Source of the DNA: Vicugna vicugna
Taxonomy: Eukaryota
Direction of reading: 5' to 3'
Assembly (NCBI GenBank): GCA_013265495.1
Contig: MU058241.1
Span: forward strand, 1,553,249-1,617,248
DNA: 64,000 nt
Shown here: in pieces, positions 1-12,895 of the stretch
How positions within the stretch are numbered: position 1 is the first letter of the stretch
Layout of the letters: each line of letters opens with the position of its first letter
Notes under the pieces: generated by a model
Told to the model about the DNA's origin: nothing
The model's input: the letters and a program-made list of their open reading frames with translations, nothing else
Databases searched by the model: none
Position numbers and translations under genes: made by a program

Positions 1-529
1 GGCAGAGTCTCGCATAAAATACAAAGGAGCAGAACTCGGGAATCAAAAGCAAACTCAAAGAATTAAGAAGAGTGCAGAGTTGGTGGATCTTGAGTGGGAA
101 ATGCACCTTCCACATTAGGTTCTGCACATCGTAGGGAATTCACCTAGAGGCGACAGAAGTTGGGGGCGGGCAACAAAAATCTATGACAAAATTTGTGTTC
201 CCATGTACTACTTCCCATTTGTCATGACCTTTCCAACATTCTGTCTTCCAGAAAAAGTGAGAAACACAGGAACTTCATTCAAAACTTAAAAAAACAAGGA
301 GAGAGGCAAAATTTCCCCAAATAACATGTGGCTAAGATACTGGAAACTGATAGAGTCACATAATGCAGTCATGGCCCAGCAAAAGTAGCCAACTACCTGC
401 TAATAATTATGATGTTGGGTTTTAGAGAGAAGCTCTTCAAAACCAAAACACACTGCAATTCAAAGAAAACAAATGCAAAGTAAGTCAAGAGGAAGCTCCT
501 TGGTGTTGAACTTCATTCTTAACATTCTT

Positions 530-666
530 TTTTTTTTTTTTCCTCCAGGGGAGGTAATTACATTCATTTATTTACTTTTTTTTTTTTGATGGAGGTACTG
601 GGGATTGAACCCCAGACCTCGTGCATGCTCAGCACGTGCTCTACCACTGAGCTCTACCCTCTCCCC
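530..666 (-). mobile_element. tRNA-Ala-derived SINE (camelid Vic-1-like)
   Basis: tRNA-Ala(AGC)-like head with A and B boxes, and a bipartite A-rich/TAATTACCTCCCC tail. 11-bp TSD TTAACATTCTT at 519-529 and 668-678. Confidence 0.9.
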
Positions 667-1718
667 GTTAACATTCTTGATACACATCATGCCTCTTCTG
701 GCAGGCATACAAGGGAAGACATTTTTGGAGGAGGGACCTAGTATGTATGACAATGAACTAGGCAAGGGATGATTACCTACACTGAGTTTAGGTCTCAAGA
801 ATAAAATCTCCATGGAAGATTATTTTACGTTTCACAAACACAGCTTCTCGTGCGTCTTGCTCCTGCTTAACAGTTTCTGTCCCTATCAGCTACGCCATGA
901 GGTCTAAATTCCTCCAAGGTCAAGACATCATAATCATCGGATCCCATTAAAGCATTCTCTACTGGGAAGTTCATCTTATTTCTGCCCAGCATCTAAGGTA
1001 GGCACACTCTTCAGTCACACTTGCATCCATCTGCCATCACTGCCTCCTCCTTGAGAACACAAAATTCTCCCCACCCTCTAAGGACCACAACAAGGGACAG
1101 TCACGGTCCTTGGACAACAGTGAGGATGCATCTGCTGTGCACCAGGGTCACGGCACTCGTTAGCAAACAAACAAACAAACACCCTCACACAAAAACACCT
1201 GTGTCCTAGGGATGTAGCCAAGATTTAAAAATACAACTAGAATTTAAAATTGTGACTCACCGCAAAGAAAAATCAGAGCAATCTATGAAAAAGATAAGAG
1301 GGGGCTCATGGAGATTTGAGCGTGAAAGAAGGACTCTAGGAAATGATAAGTTATTGAAAGTGGAGCCTTTTACAAGGGTTTTTAGAGAAAACTGTCACAT
1401 GACCTAGTTCATTTTTTCAAATCATAATCCTTCTTTTCTCTACTTTTCTAGAACACGTGTTCTTTACCCAATGACATGTTTTGGTTAATTTCCTGTCGCC
1501 TGGTTTCTCCTTTTATGTTGGTTGGTCCACATTGTCTTGGCGTGTACTTCGGATTTTAAGGACTAAATCTGAGGCTTTCTCTTCAGTACCTAACCCCACC
1601 TCCACAGAATACTGGATGGAAGAACTATCAGTATAGACTTCCCGACCTGACAAGTTCTTGCTCACTTCCTGACCAGTCAGATGGGCCAACAGAAGCATTA
1701 GAAAGGGGAATTCCTAAA

Positions 1719-1929
1719 GCAGGGTTACTTAGCATCAGCACTGCTGACAGGTGGGGCTGCATGACTCTTCGTGGTGGGGCTGTCCTGACTTCACAGGATA
1801 TCGAGCCGTAGCCCTGGTCTGTACCCACTGAACGCCAGTAACAACTCCCTCCCAGTTGTGACCCAAAATGCCCCCAGGAACTGCCAGATGTTCCTCTGCT
1901 GGGGGACAGAGGTGACTGAGAACCAATTC
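1719..1929 (-). mobile_element. MER20 (hAT-Charlie non-autonomous DNA transposon)
   Basis: Matches the MER20 reverse complement (ggggctgtcctg...acccactg..cgccagta...cccagttgtgacc...tgccagatgt...tgagaacca). Confidence 0.8.
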
Positions 1930-2629
1930 AGGGACCATGAAAGCAACTTTTGGACATAATAGAGTACTTGATTTGTGTAAGATCATTAAATATTAAAATA
2001 TAAAAACTCAGACTATATTAACAATTTCAGAAACTATTAAACACTTAAAAAGATACCAGGACACAGATACATAGAACAAGTGATGGAAATAGTGGTAAGA
2101 GACTCTCCTAAAATGATATGGAAAAGGAAATGCAGACGAAACACAAAGCACTCTTGCTTCTTTCTCCAGCGTAGAAATAAAACCGCTTCGAGTTTCCTCC
2201 AAGTCTCAGCGATCAAGCTATCATTCAGGAGTGGGTAACCTTCAAAGTTAATGGAGCTTACTCCCCCTAAAATTAAAGGCATGCGAAATCTAATTCTGTT
2301 CTACCATGAAATCAGTTTCGCAAACATTGTAAGCCTTGTCCCTAGATCATAAATCCTTCTACCTCCTGTAACTTTCTTAAAGATAAGCATATTTTCTACC
2401 TAAAATGTGGCTGTGTGTTAAAAAAAAAAGAAAAGGACCTGTTTCTCTTTGAATCTGACATTGTTACTTCGGCACCAAAAACAAAAATAGCATTTTTTGA
2501 CAATGGGACTCCTCTATCCAGATATTTTCTTCCTGTACAGTGTAATTTCTGGACTTGCCTCAGTCTATAGTTAGCTTCTGTCAAGTCTCCTTAGTTAATG
2601 GACATTTAAAAATTCCGGTATTCTGCAAC

Positions 2630-2700
2630 GGGTCCATCCATGCTGTACACCAGAAACTAACACATTTTAAATCAACTGTACTTCAATTAAAAAGCAAACA
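2630..2700 (+). mobile_element. L1 extreme 3' tip
   Basis: tgctgtacaccagaaactaacacattttaaatcaactgtacttcaattaaaaa is a typical L1 3' terminus with an A tail. Confidence 0.7.
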
Positions 2701-2704
2701 AAGA

Positions 2705-3070
2705 ACCGACGAACCCATTTAAAATATGGGCAGAAGCACTGCAAAGAAATGCAAATCAAAATCACAATGAGCTATCATCTCACACCTGCCAGCATGGCCA
2801 TCATCAAAAAGAACAGAAGAAACAAGTGTTGGCGAGGCTGTGGAGAAAAGGGAACCCGCCTACGCCGTTGGTGGGAATGTAAGTTGGTGCAGCCACCATG
2901 GAAAACAGTATACCTGCTCCAAAATATTTACCCACGGGAAATAAAAGCGTATGTTCACACAAAGACTTGTACACGAATGTTCACAGCCACTTGAGTCACA
3001 AGAGCCAAAAATAGGAAACAGCCCGAAAGTCCATCAACAGGTGAACGAGTAAATATATTAGGGTATTTTC
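2705..3070 (+). mobile_element. L1 ORF2 C-terminal/3' UTR fragment
   Basis: [56 protein letters not shown] is L1 ORF2 C-terminal sequence. Confidence 0.85.
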
Positions 3071-3149
3071 ATATCTAAAGTGAAAACATATAAAGATACT
3101 GAAATAAACTGATGGAAAAAATAAACCTTGTCCACCCAAAATGAACAAA

Positions 3150-4495
3150 AACTAGTGCAGTTGTCTTTTTAGACAAAATGTATTTTAAGAATGACTCTGC
3201 TAGATAAATAAAATATATGGTGAGAAAAGCACAGCAAAGCTTTAAAATATATAAAGTAAAAATTGAAAGAAATAAAAAGAGTTATAGACAAGTCTGTAAT
3301 TATCGTAGAGGAATTAAATATATCTTTGGCAGTAATTGATAAGAGCCACTAGATAAAAATTTTAGCAAGAATAGATGAGATGAGAATGATTCAATAAACA
3401 CATCTGACTTAACATACATAGAGACATCATTGCACTAAAAAATTAAAAGTACACTCTCTCTGCACGCACACAGAAAACTCTCCCATAAGTTGATGCACCC
3501 AGAAGCAAGTCTTCATATATTTCAAAAGACTGAAAGCATACAGTACACAGCTCTGATCACTACGCAATCAACATTGAAATTTTCATCCCCTTGGAGAGGT
3601 TTTTAAAGTCTGCATTAGCCACAAGTAACTGGGGAAGGCACAATGGAATTTCGAAAATATTTTTAAACGAATGCTCTGAAGAATACACAGCAATTAATTT
3701 GCATACAGCTAAGAGCACTGTTGCGTGTGCATTAGCAAAGAAGAAAGACTGAAAACTCATAAGCTCATCACCCTCTTACAAAGCAAAAAATTAGTAAGTA
3801 ACCAGGAAGGAGGCAGAAGGAAGGAAACAGAGAGACAGGAGCATTATTTGCTTAAACAGAAAACACATACGTTACAGGTCCAGCTGACGAAACCAAACGC
3901 TGGTTCTTCTAAAGGTCTAAAAAATAAACAGAGGAGAAAATCTGATCATCAGGGAGTCAACAGTCCGGGGAGATAGAGAAACCAGAAATAGCCAATATTA
4001 GAAATGAAAAAGGGAATACCCTAAGATCTTGCAGCATGCAAGAGACGACAGGAAACACATTATGGCAATAAACCTGTAGAAAGAAGTAACTTAAAAGCTG
4101 AGAGAATAAATAGAACAGTCCAAGTTCTATATGCATTAAGAAAATTGAATTTCCAGTCAAATATTTCCAGAAAGAAAACATTAGGCTCACACGAGTTCAT
4201 CAATGCATGGTATAAGGCATTCAAGGAATAGGTAATTCTAATTTTATTCAAACTCTTATGGTGAATAGAGAAACACTCAATAAATCATTTTATGATGCTA
4301 ACATAATCTTCATTCCAATATCTGACGAGGTGGCATGAGAAAGAATACTTATGGGCCAATCTCTCTCAACAGACGCAAAAAAGAATTAAAAAAAAAAAAC
4401 TCTAAAGAAAATTTTAAGCAAATACTTCCAGCAGTATATAAAAAAAATGATAATTTATCATAAGCAAGTGGCTTCATCCCGGGGCTGCAAAGCGC
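3150..4495 (+). mobile_element. Old degenerate L1 (L1M-type) ORF2 endonuclease-to-RT fragment
   Basis: A-rich sequence with L1 ORF2 signatures (tcattttatgatgctaacataatcttcattcca, ggccaatctctctc, ggcttcatcccggggctgcaa). Many stops and frameshifts. Confidence 0.75.
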
Positions 4496-4622
4496 CAGTT
4501 TAACTTATTAGTGTCATTCTGAAAACCCTTCCTTATTGACTACATCTTTATTGCATTTATTTGCATTTAAATATGAAATTAATAACTTGATTGCTTTCCT
4601 TGAATCAAAAAGAAGTGAAATA

Positions 4623-4779
4623 GGGGGAGTGTATAGCTCAGTGGTAAAGCACATGCTTAGCATGCACGAGGTCCTGGGTTCAATCCCCAGTACCTCTATT
4701 AAATAAATAAATGTTAATAATCATCATGATAATAAGTAGTAAACCTAATTACTACCCCCCCCCAAAAAGGAAAAAAAAA
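4623..4779 (+). mobile_element. tRNA-Ala-derived SINE (Vic-1-like)
   Basis: gtatagctcagtggtaaagcacatgcttagcatgcacgaggtcctgggttcaatccccagtacctc plus a long tail containing aaacctaattac..cccc. Confidence 0.9.
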
Positions 4780-5639
4780 CCCACATGAAATAACTTGTAG
4801 TTTGTTAGGAAGGATCTGACTGCTTGGAAAATGAGGCTGAAGGTACATGGGTTAATTAAATCTGGCTAATTGTTGCATCACGTTTCATGTTATCCATAAA
4901 CAAGATTTTTAAAAGAAAAAATATGCGGATGTACAGTTTCCATGTTACTTTTTCCAGTAAAACACACCGTTAAGGTAAATGTCCTTCTCGGATAACCTTC
5001 TGCATGGGGCGTACTTATCATTTGTCTACTGGTATTAACTCTACTGAGCTGACAAACAGTGCATCTCAGATCTGGGGGAAACGGGGACGACAGTCCACTC
5101 TCTCTCTAGACAGCACCAACACAGGCTTCTAGGGGCTGAGCTGGAGTGAGGATTGTCCCCCTTAGTCCCCGTTCACTCTTGCAGATCCCAACACCTCAAC
5201 GCCATGGACTTAGCTGTTCTATCAGACCCTCCTGACCCCAGACTTTCGCCTCTGCCCCTGCAGTCCTGATCCTCATCAAAGCTCCATGGCTCCATGAATG
5301 TCCCCCAAGCAATCGTGTCTTCCGCGTTCTGCTTGCCTATCCGTATTTCCCAGATCACTTACATTTGACCAGATGACCTCTTTCTATTCTGTTACCTCTT
5401 TAGTCCCACTGAGGACACTTCTTTGTGAATATCTCACCTGCGTTCACCGAGACGGTTGTGTCAGACACAACGGCCTGCCATATTACCTCTTCTTCCTTCT
5501 TAAGACTTCCATCTCACGGTCTCGGTGTCGTCACGCCTTAGAGGTCACCTCTAAGCTTCTCTGTCATCATTCTCCATCTTCCTAATGGATGCTCCCTGTG
5601 TCAGGGGTCCCTTAAATATTCATTTTCTAGGGAGTTATT

Positions 5640-6060
5640 CCTGACAGTCCCTGCCCCTCAATGGCTCCCATCATCTTCAGGGTAAAATTCAACCTTACTA
5701 GCTTAGCACACCGGCTCTGGCATGAGCTGGCTCCCTCCTATGTTTTTAATTAGTCATTCATCGTTTTTGCCAATTATATAGAAATGACATTTATTCTTTA
5801 AACACTTCCTAACAGTTCACAACAATGATTGCTTCACCAGGAAGAAATTTTCACCATTCTTTGTCTAGTTAACAGCAACTTATACCCTCTGCCCCCTACC
5901 CAGGAGCAAGCTCATATTTCCTACGACTTCTCGCGCTGGATTTTTTGCCAGTTTCCTTATCAGACTTGCTCTAAGCTCTTCGAGGGAAAGGGCAGATTTA
6001 ATTTGGCTTCGTGTCCCCAGCCTTTGGTCCATGGTACTTAGTATGCATCAATCGTAGACA
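5640..6060 (+). mobile_element. L2 LINE 3' fragments
   Basis: caatggctcccatcatcttcagggtaaaattcaac and taagctcttcgagggaaagggc...gtgtccccagc are L2-like motifs. Confidence 0.55.
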
Positions 6061-7149
6061 TAATAATGTGTCTCTTCACCAGAATGATATAAAGGGGACA
6101 GTAGGGGGACAAGTGGGGAGTCAGGTTGGGAAGAAAAACAGCAAATACTGTTAATTTAAGAAATTCCTTATGGCCATCATTTTTCACAACCCCCTTCAAG
6201 AGAAATGAGGTAGAAAGCGAAACTGGGAAATTCAACAGTGAACCAGCTCTGTTTTCCTACTTGGCATTTTCCACCATCGTGCTCAGAGTGGAGCGCCAAT
6301 AACCAGCTGACACCACGCTTCACTGGCTAGTTTTCCCAAAATGGAGCTGAATCCTCCTTGTCATGGAATTCTCACCTAAGGAAATAGAAATTTACAATCA
6401 ACCTTCGGGCAGGACCGTGGACATGTCCACTCCAGAGCTCATTCTCCGGAAAACAATCATCTTGAAAGCAGAGGGATTACCGTACTCTGAAAGCAAACAA
6501 GGAAGAGACATCCTTAGAATACTGGGCAGTGTAATTATTTGACCTGAAAGCAATCACAAAAGAGCTTTCTAGGGTTAGAAGGAAAAAAAAAATCAAAAAG
6601 CTAAAAGCACCGTCATCTCAGACTGCCCAGAAACCACGCAGCTGAACAGGTTTGCAGATCTGCGGCTCAGATTTCAAGGTTATCGCTCCGGGCAGTGACA
6701 GTCTGTAAACCTGACGCGGAAGCACATTTTAGAAGAAATTCTCATCTCTTGGCTGCCACGGTGCTTTGAAGGTCATGAATGCAGGTAGGGTCTATCCACC
6801 AAGAGACAACAGGATGAGAGTGTGACCAACTGCTTGATTTCTTCTACGTGGTGGGACCATGAAGTTGGAAGCCAGAAGGAGGCGAGTCCAAGGCTGAATC
6901 TCTGCTTGACACGTTGCATCAGACCCCACAGACCAAAAAGGCAGGAGACTGTCCTATTTCTTGGACGTATTACTAAGAAGAAAAGTTCCAGTCTGTGCAG
7001 TCTTGCTAACCTGGGGTGAAACTTGGCCAATTCACTTACCTCACTGGTCTTCGTTACCTTCACTTTGGGATTTTGTGAGTGAGCGCAGACGTCTGTTGAA
7101 GTTAGATTTCTGAGCTGGTCCCCCAGTGTTTCCCGCCTCCAGGTTCTCC

Positions 7150-7630
7150 AGTCCTTGTCTGGTTCCCACTCCTCGGGTGTGGGCAAGGACCCAGTAACTT
7201 AGTTCTGCTGACGGGAATGTTGCAAAAGTAACGGGGGTTGCTTCCATGATTAGCGTACCAAAGATTTGCTGGCAGACGCGCTTTCTGCCTTCGATGGCAC
7301 AAGATCTGTGTTAGAGACACTCTCCCCCGTGCTGGCTGTTCCATGGCAAGGAATGCAGAGGGACCTCCTGCTAAGAGGGGGCAAGGAACGAAAACCCTCC
7401 CTGCCCAACAGCTCTTGAGAAACTGAATCTCGCCAATAACCACAGCCAAGCTTGAAAGCAGATCCTTCCCCACTCAAACCCTCCACTGAAACTGCAGCCC
7501 AGCCAACAGCTTGGCTGCATCCTTGTAAGAGATGGTGAGCTTCAGGGCCCAGCTAAGCCACGCCAGGATGCCTGACCCACCGACATGATGATATAATGAA
7601 TGTGTGTTGTTTTAAGCCACTGAGTTTTAA
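7150..7630 (+). mobile_element. MaLR solo LTR (MLT1E/F-like)
   Basis: gaaactgaatctcgccaataaccac..gcttgaaagcagatccttcccc..gcccagctaagccacgcc..gtgtgttgttttaagccactgagttt. Confidence 0.75.
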
Positions 7631-8220
7631 CCCTGAAAATCTAGACTGCCAAACCCAGTGTATTTATAGCAGCCTTCTATGTCTTCTTCCATATGCCCCA
7701 ATTCCAACAGGTTTTTAGACTCTTGGAAACAAAAGCAGAAATAACATCATGGTCTCGGAAAAGGATTTATATATCAAATTCAAGAGCAAATGACCTATTG
7801 TACCAACATCCTGGATAACGTGCCACATTTTTCAGGATTTATGATGGGTAAGAGACAGACTGGAACTACAACATAATTTTGATGTAGCTCCCTCCCCTTC
7901 AAAACATACAGACATGCCTTAAGTATGCAGAATAAATTAGTTTTCCCTTTTCCTTTATAGGAAATAATGAAATTGTCTTCAAGTTGCAAGATCTGTAAAT
8001 GCAGGAGAGCCTGCTAGATCACCCAACAGTGATCATTCACGAGGCTAATTTCATATCATGCCAAGTCATTATCACATATTCAGGGAACACCTAACAAAGT
8101 AATTTGCAATCATTTTTCCTCCCAGATGAGAAAAAGCTTTATGAAAATATGCTTGACTGTTACTTTATAATTATGTACTGCTCATTTTCTGTTTGTGTAG
8201 TTTTTAACTTCTCAAAGACT

Positions 8221-8857
8221 TTTTTTTAACATTTTTTATTGATTTATAATCATTTTACAATGTTATGTCAAATTTCAGTGTAGAGCACAATTTCTCAGTT
8301 ATACATGAACATGTATATATATTCATTGTCACTTTTTTTCTCCGTGAGCTACCATAAGATCTTGTGTATATTCCCTGTGCTATACAGTATAATTTTGTTT
8401 ATCTATTCTACAGTTTTGAAATCCCAGTCTATCCCTTTCTACCCTCTGCCCCCTTGGCAACCACAAGTTTGTATCCAATGTCTATGAATCTATTTCCGTT
8501 TTGTATTTATGCTTTGTCTGTGCGTTTTTGTTTTTTTTTTTAGATTCCACATATGAGCGATGTCATATGGTATTTTTCTTTCTCTTTCTGGTTTACGTCA
8601 CTTAGAATGACAATCTCTAGGTCCATCCATGTTGCTGCAAATGACATTATTTTATTCCTTTTTATGGCTGACTAGTATTCCACTGTATAAATATACCACC
8701 TCTTCTTTATCCAGTCATCCATTGATGGACATTTAGGCTGTCTCCATGTCTTGGCTATTGTAAATAGTGCTGCTATGCACATTGGGGTGCAGGTGTCTTT
8801 TTGAAGTAGGGTTCCTTCTGGATATATGCCCAGGAGTGGGATTCCTGGGTCATACCA
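8221..8857 (-). mobile_element. Relatively young L1 3' end, 5'-truncated (camelid/artiodactyl-type)
   Basis: PolyT followed by the L1 3' UTR reverse complement. Flanking AAAGACT repeat (probable TSD) at 8214-8220 and 8860-8866. Confidence 0.9.
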
Positions 8858-9810
8858 TAAAAGACTGTTTTTTTAAACTTGATGCTTAACCAACACTTAA
8901 CCAACACACAGTGCTGGGACGGGTATTACCACTAACGTATAAACAGTGATGAAAGTTATTGTGAGAATTTCCTAAAGTCACACGACTGGGGGGAATGGTC
9001 CTAAATGTATGGGCTCTATTCAAATGTCCCTATCTCAAATCTGGAAATACTAGTCATCACTCCTCTGCACGGCATGTTTTCATGACAGATTCCTGCGCTT
9101 TATATTATTCCACCTTTTTTTTTTCCAACTAAAATCTGTCATCACCAATGTTAGTGCCAACAGCTAAGCAGTGTTTTCTGATCCTTCAAGGAGACATCAC
9201 CACTAACTCAAGCTGAAATCCTTCCCATGACTTACAGACCATGGGAAATTTACCCTTTTCCCTTTGGTTTTGCTAAACCAACTGTTTATCAATTATGAGA
9301 CAGGAAAGATACAGCAAGTCCTGTTTTCTGAATCTTACCTTTCTGAAATAATCAGAAAAAAAGTAACATTCAATTAAGGTAGTACCATTATCTATTCAGT
9401 GGAAACTTTTAAACCTTTTTTTTAAAAAAATGCCAGAATGTTAAATACTATTTCCAACATCACGGTGCTATTTCTTCTGTAAAAACAGTTCTCGTATTTA
9501 ACTAATGAGCAAAAAATTACTGGAAGCCACTTTTCCACCTTTCAAAGTGTTGTACCACTTCAATTGAAATGTGTGGTGCTTGAAAAAATTTTAATTACTC
9601 AGTAGGTAGAAGGTTATTGTGGCATAAAACAAAAAATGACTTGGGAGATTCCATGAATGCAGATGCCCTGAAAATCAAGTCAGACCCCTCTAAATACAAC
9701 AGGAAGTCATCCCGAAATTGCACTGTTAATTCAGAGGAAGTCTTGTTAGATCTGTTTTCTGAAATTACATGCCAAGTAATGGTTACCTCTGAATCGATAA
9801 ACAGAGGCAC

Positions 9811-10050
9811 TGCTGTAGACTCAATTGTATCCCGCCCAAACTCACATGGGGAAGCTGCACCCCTCACTGTGCTGGTACTTAAAGATGGGAGGCTTTGGGA
9901 GGTGACTGGGCTAGAGGAAGTCCTGAGAGTGGGGCTCTCATGATGGGATGAGTGCCCTTAGAAGAACAGGCACCGGACAGCTTGCTCCCTCTCCCCTTCT
10001 CTCTCTCCTTCTCTCTCCACCAGGGGAGGACACAGCAGGAAGGCGGTCTT
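9811..10050 (+). mobile_element. MaLR LTR (MLT1A-like), 3'-truncated
   Basis: tgctgtagactcaattgtatccc..ctttgggaggtga..catgatgggatgagtgcccttagaagaa..gaggacacagcaggaaggcgg. Confidence 0.75.
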
Positions 10051-10261
10051 CACCCTCTTCTTAGCTACAGCAAACTGCCAGTTATCAATTATCGATGACT
10101 CGTGTCCTCTGTGCTTCAGTTCCTCTCGAGCATTTGCTGGCAGTGCAAGAACTCAGCTGAATGGGTAAGGGGCCATCATCATTTCATCGAGCTCTTTTTG
10201 TCAAACCTCTGAATACACTATTCCTTTTCTTCTTTACTCACTGATTTAATATGCTATGCCT

Positions 10262-10350
10262 GGGGAGGGTATGGCTCAGTGGTAGAGCACGTGCTTAGCA
10301 TGCATAAGGTTCTGGGTTCAATCCCCAGTACCCCCATTAAAAAAATAAAT
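10262..10350 (+). mobile_element. tRNA-Ala-derived SINE, short-tail form
   Basis: tRNA-like head directly followed by an A-rich tail. TSD GCTATGCC at 10253-10260 and 10356-10363. Confidence 0.88.
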
Positions 10351-11542
10351 ACTACGCTATGCCCAAACTCTGTAATTTTGCAAATACTCTTTCCTTCTCC
10401 CAGAAACTAGTATGATCTAATAATATAAAGAGGAACGGACTTGAACTCAGTAGAAACTGGTTTAGCTCTCATTTTTCACCTAATACATAACCTTAAATCA
10501 ATTTTTTAATGGCTATGGGGGAAAAAAAAAACATACATGACCTGACTGTGAAAATCCATGTGTGTATGTGTATCCACACAAAAATCCCTTGGCAATGGTA
10601 AAACCCTGTGCAAGTATAAAGTTTTGTTGTTATGCACATGAATCCTATTATTATTATTATCCATCTGCAACTAGAATCTATTCTCATGATTTGCATCATC
10701 TCAATTGATAACAGCTCACCCCTCCTACAACAGTCCATTTATTATGCACATGGAATATAATTGCATTTGTGATGTTCGGATGATTCTGAAAATCATTAAA
10801 AGACCACTGCGGTCCTGAGCACTTTCTCTGCAGTGCACTTCATCAGACGGTTGATATGATGCCTGTGAACTGATCATTTATGTCCCTTTTGGGGGGAGTA
10901 ACCCCTCATCAAGCTGGTGGTGCCGTCTACTGAATGCATTAGCAATGACTAGTTATTAATCTTATAACCTTTTCTAATTAACAGAATAAACTATAAAACG
11001 AAGACAAATTGAATGTATCCAAGGGTGAAATACATGCACGCACTAAATGCGTACTTATGCCGAAAAGATAATCTACGAATGCTTCACCACGGAGGAAAGC
11101 TGGTCTGTGCTTATTTACAGACAGAACGCAAAGACGCAAAGAGACTCCTGTGTCACTGGTTTCTCTGTGTCCTTTCTCCCGATGCTCCCGAAATTGCTGG
11201 GGATGAGTGCTGCAAACATCGTCATTGTGGCTATTTATTTCATACCGCACTCCCCAGAAGGATCGCAGGGTCGCAGGATAAACTGCCAAACGTGGGGAAA
11301 TAACGAACAGCGACACCCAAGCGGGGGGCGGCGGCAAACATCACCACCTCACCCACAGGAAACATCACACACAAAGAGCTGGAAAGAAGTAAGAGGCGAG
11401 AATCCTCACAATGAGCTCGATGAAAGGCCCCGGCCAGCAGGGGTGAATATTTAAGTCCGCATAAGCACTGCAAAATAGCAAAGAGGAGCAACAGGGTAGC
11501 TCTTTTCTAAAAGCAGTGTCTGACAAACAGAGTCTATGAAGT

Positions 11543-11772
11543 CAGAGTTCCTCAGACATCTGGGGCCAGATAACTCCCCTGTGGGAGGCGGGGGAGGCTG
11601 TCCTGGGCACGAGGAGATGCTTCACATAGTCTCTGGCCTCTGCCCAGTCCATGCCAGTGGCAGCCCCGCACCCAAGGAGTGACAATCAAAACTCCAGACA
11701 CCGCCAAGTGTCACCTGGAGTGGAGACAGGAGGAGGGAGGGAGGCAAAAACGCCACTGCTTCAGGACCACTG
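11543..11772 (-). mobile_element. MER20
   Basis: gacatctggggccagataact..ggctgtcctg..ctctggcctctgcccag..atgccagtggcagcc..gtgacaatcaaaa..ctccagacaccgccaagtgtc..accactg. Confidence 0.78.
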
Positions 11773-11895
11773 ATGTGGTATGGCCCAAGCTGAAACTAAC
11801 CACGATGTGGACTGTCTTTCACACGTAATGAATAGGCTTCCGGGGGGGTCCCCAAACGCCACTCTGAGAAGCACTGGGTGTTTAGGTCAATCCTC

Positions 11896-12052
11896 TCTGG
11901 GTTTCTTTACTTCTTTTTTTAAATTTACTTGGGGGGAAGTAGGTAATGAGGTTTAGTAATTTATTTTTAGAGGAGGGACTGGGGATTGAACCCAGGACCG
12001 TGTGTGTATGCTAAGCATGTGCTCTTACCACCTGAGCTACACCCTCCTCCCC
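11896..12052 (-). mobile_element. tRNA-Ala-derived SINE (Vic-1-like)
   Basis: ctggggattgaacccaggacc..atgctaagcatgtgctc..tgagctacaccctc. Degenerate TSD aggtcaatcct / aggtgaattct. Confidence 0.88.
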
Positions 12053-12895
12053 AAGGTGAATTCTTACTATGGAATCCATCCTTTATCTTCATATTCCATG
12101 CTCCAATTTAAATACAACGGAAGACTATCAAATGGAAGTTTAAATTCCCTGGAAGACTAACGTTTAAATACAAAAGAAGGCTATCAAAACTGCTTTCCCT
12201 CAATAAATACTGAACAACTCAAAAATTACATATACTGTTCTCAGATGCATCCAGCCTCGGGTGGAGGGGCAGTTTTATTGATTCTGGCTTGCATCTGTCA
12301 ATTCATTTGCTGCAAATACACGTTTCCAGTGCTCCCCCACTGGGTTTTGAATGTGCCTGAAGTGAAGGAAACACATAAGCGGCCAGAAATTGGTGAAGGG
12401 TCTGGGGTTGAGGTAGGGGCAAATTCACAATAAAGCGTTGTGCTCTACAAACGCCCCGGGAGACACGCGGCATCGGATGTAGCCCCCTGTGTCAAAGAGC
12501 TAGAGCTCAATGTTTGCGTTCCCTTCAAAGCCCAGTTGTAGCAGGTCCCTTCTGGGCCAGGAGATTAAGGCTGAGGCGTTCCAGGGGAGACACCTTGATT
12601 GAGTTTCAATTCAGATGCAGAAAGTGGCACCTGGACCACCCCTCCGCACTCACCCCCTCCACTGACTCTACTATACCTGGCTGGTCCTTCCAACACCCAA
12701 CCTGCAGTCTAGCATCATGGGCTATTAGGAAATGATCAGAAGACAGTTTTAGAATCTCTATCTTAACCAGAAGGAAATAATGCTAATTGTGTCCGATGGA
12801 CAGAAATACAAAGGTTGGAAGGGGCTTTGAAAACCAGTGAAATGATGTACTAGGATTCCCTACAGTGGCTGGGAGAAATCAAAGAATCTCTTTCC

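Noticed and set aside
4623..4697. Functional tRNA-Ala(AGC) genes (here and at 10262, 33076, 46112 and others)
   Set aside because: Acceptor stems are mismatched, and the copies have extra 5' G/A bases, SINE tails and TSDs. These are SINE heads.
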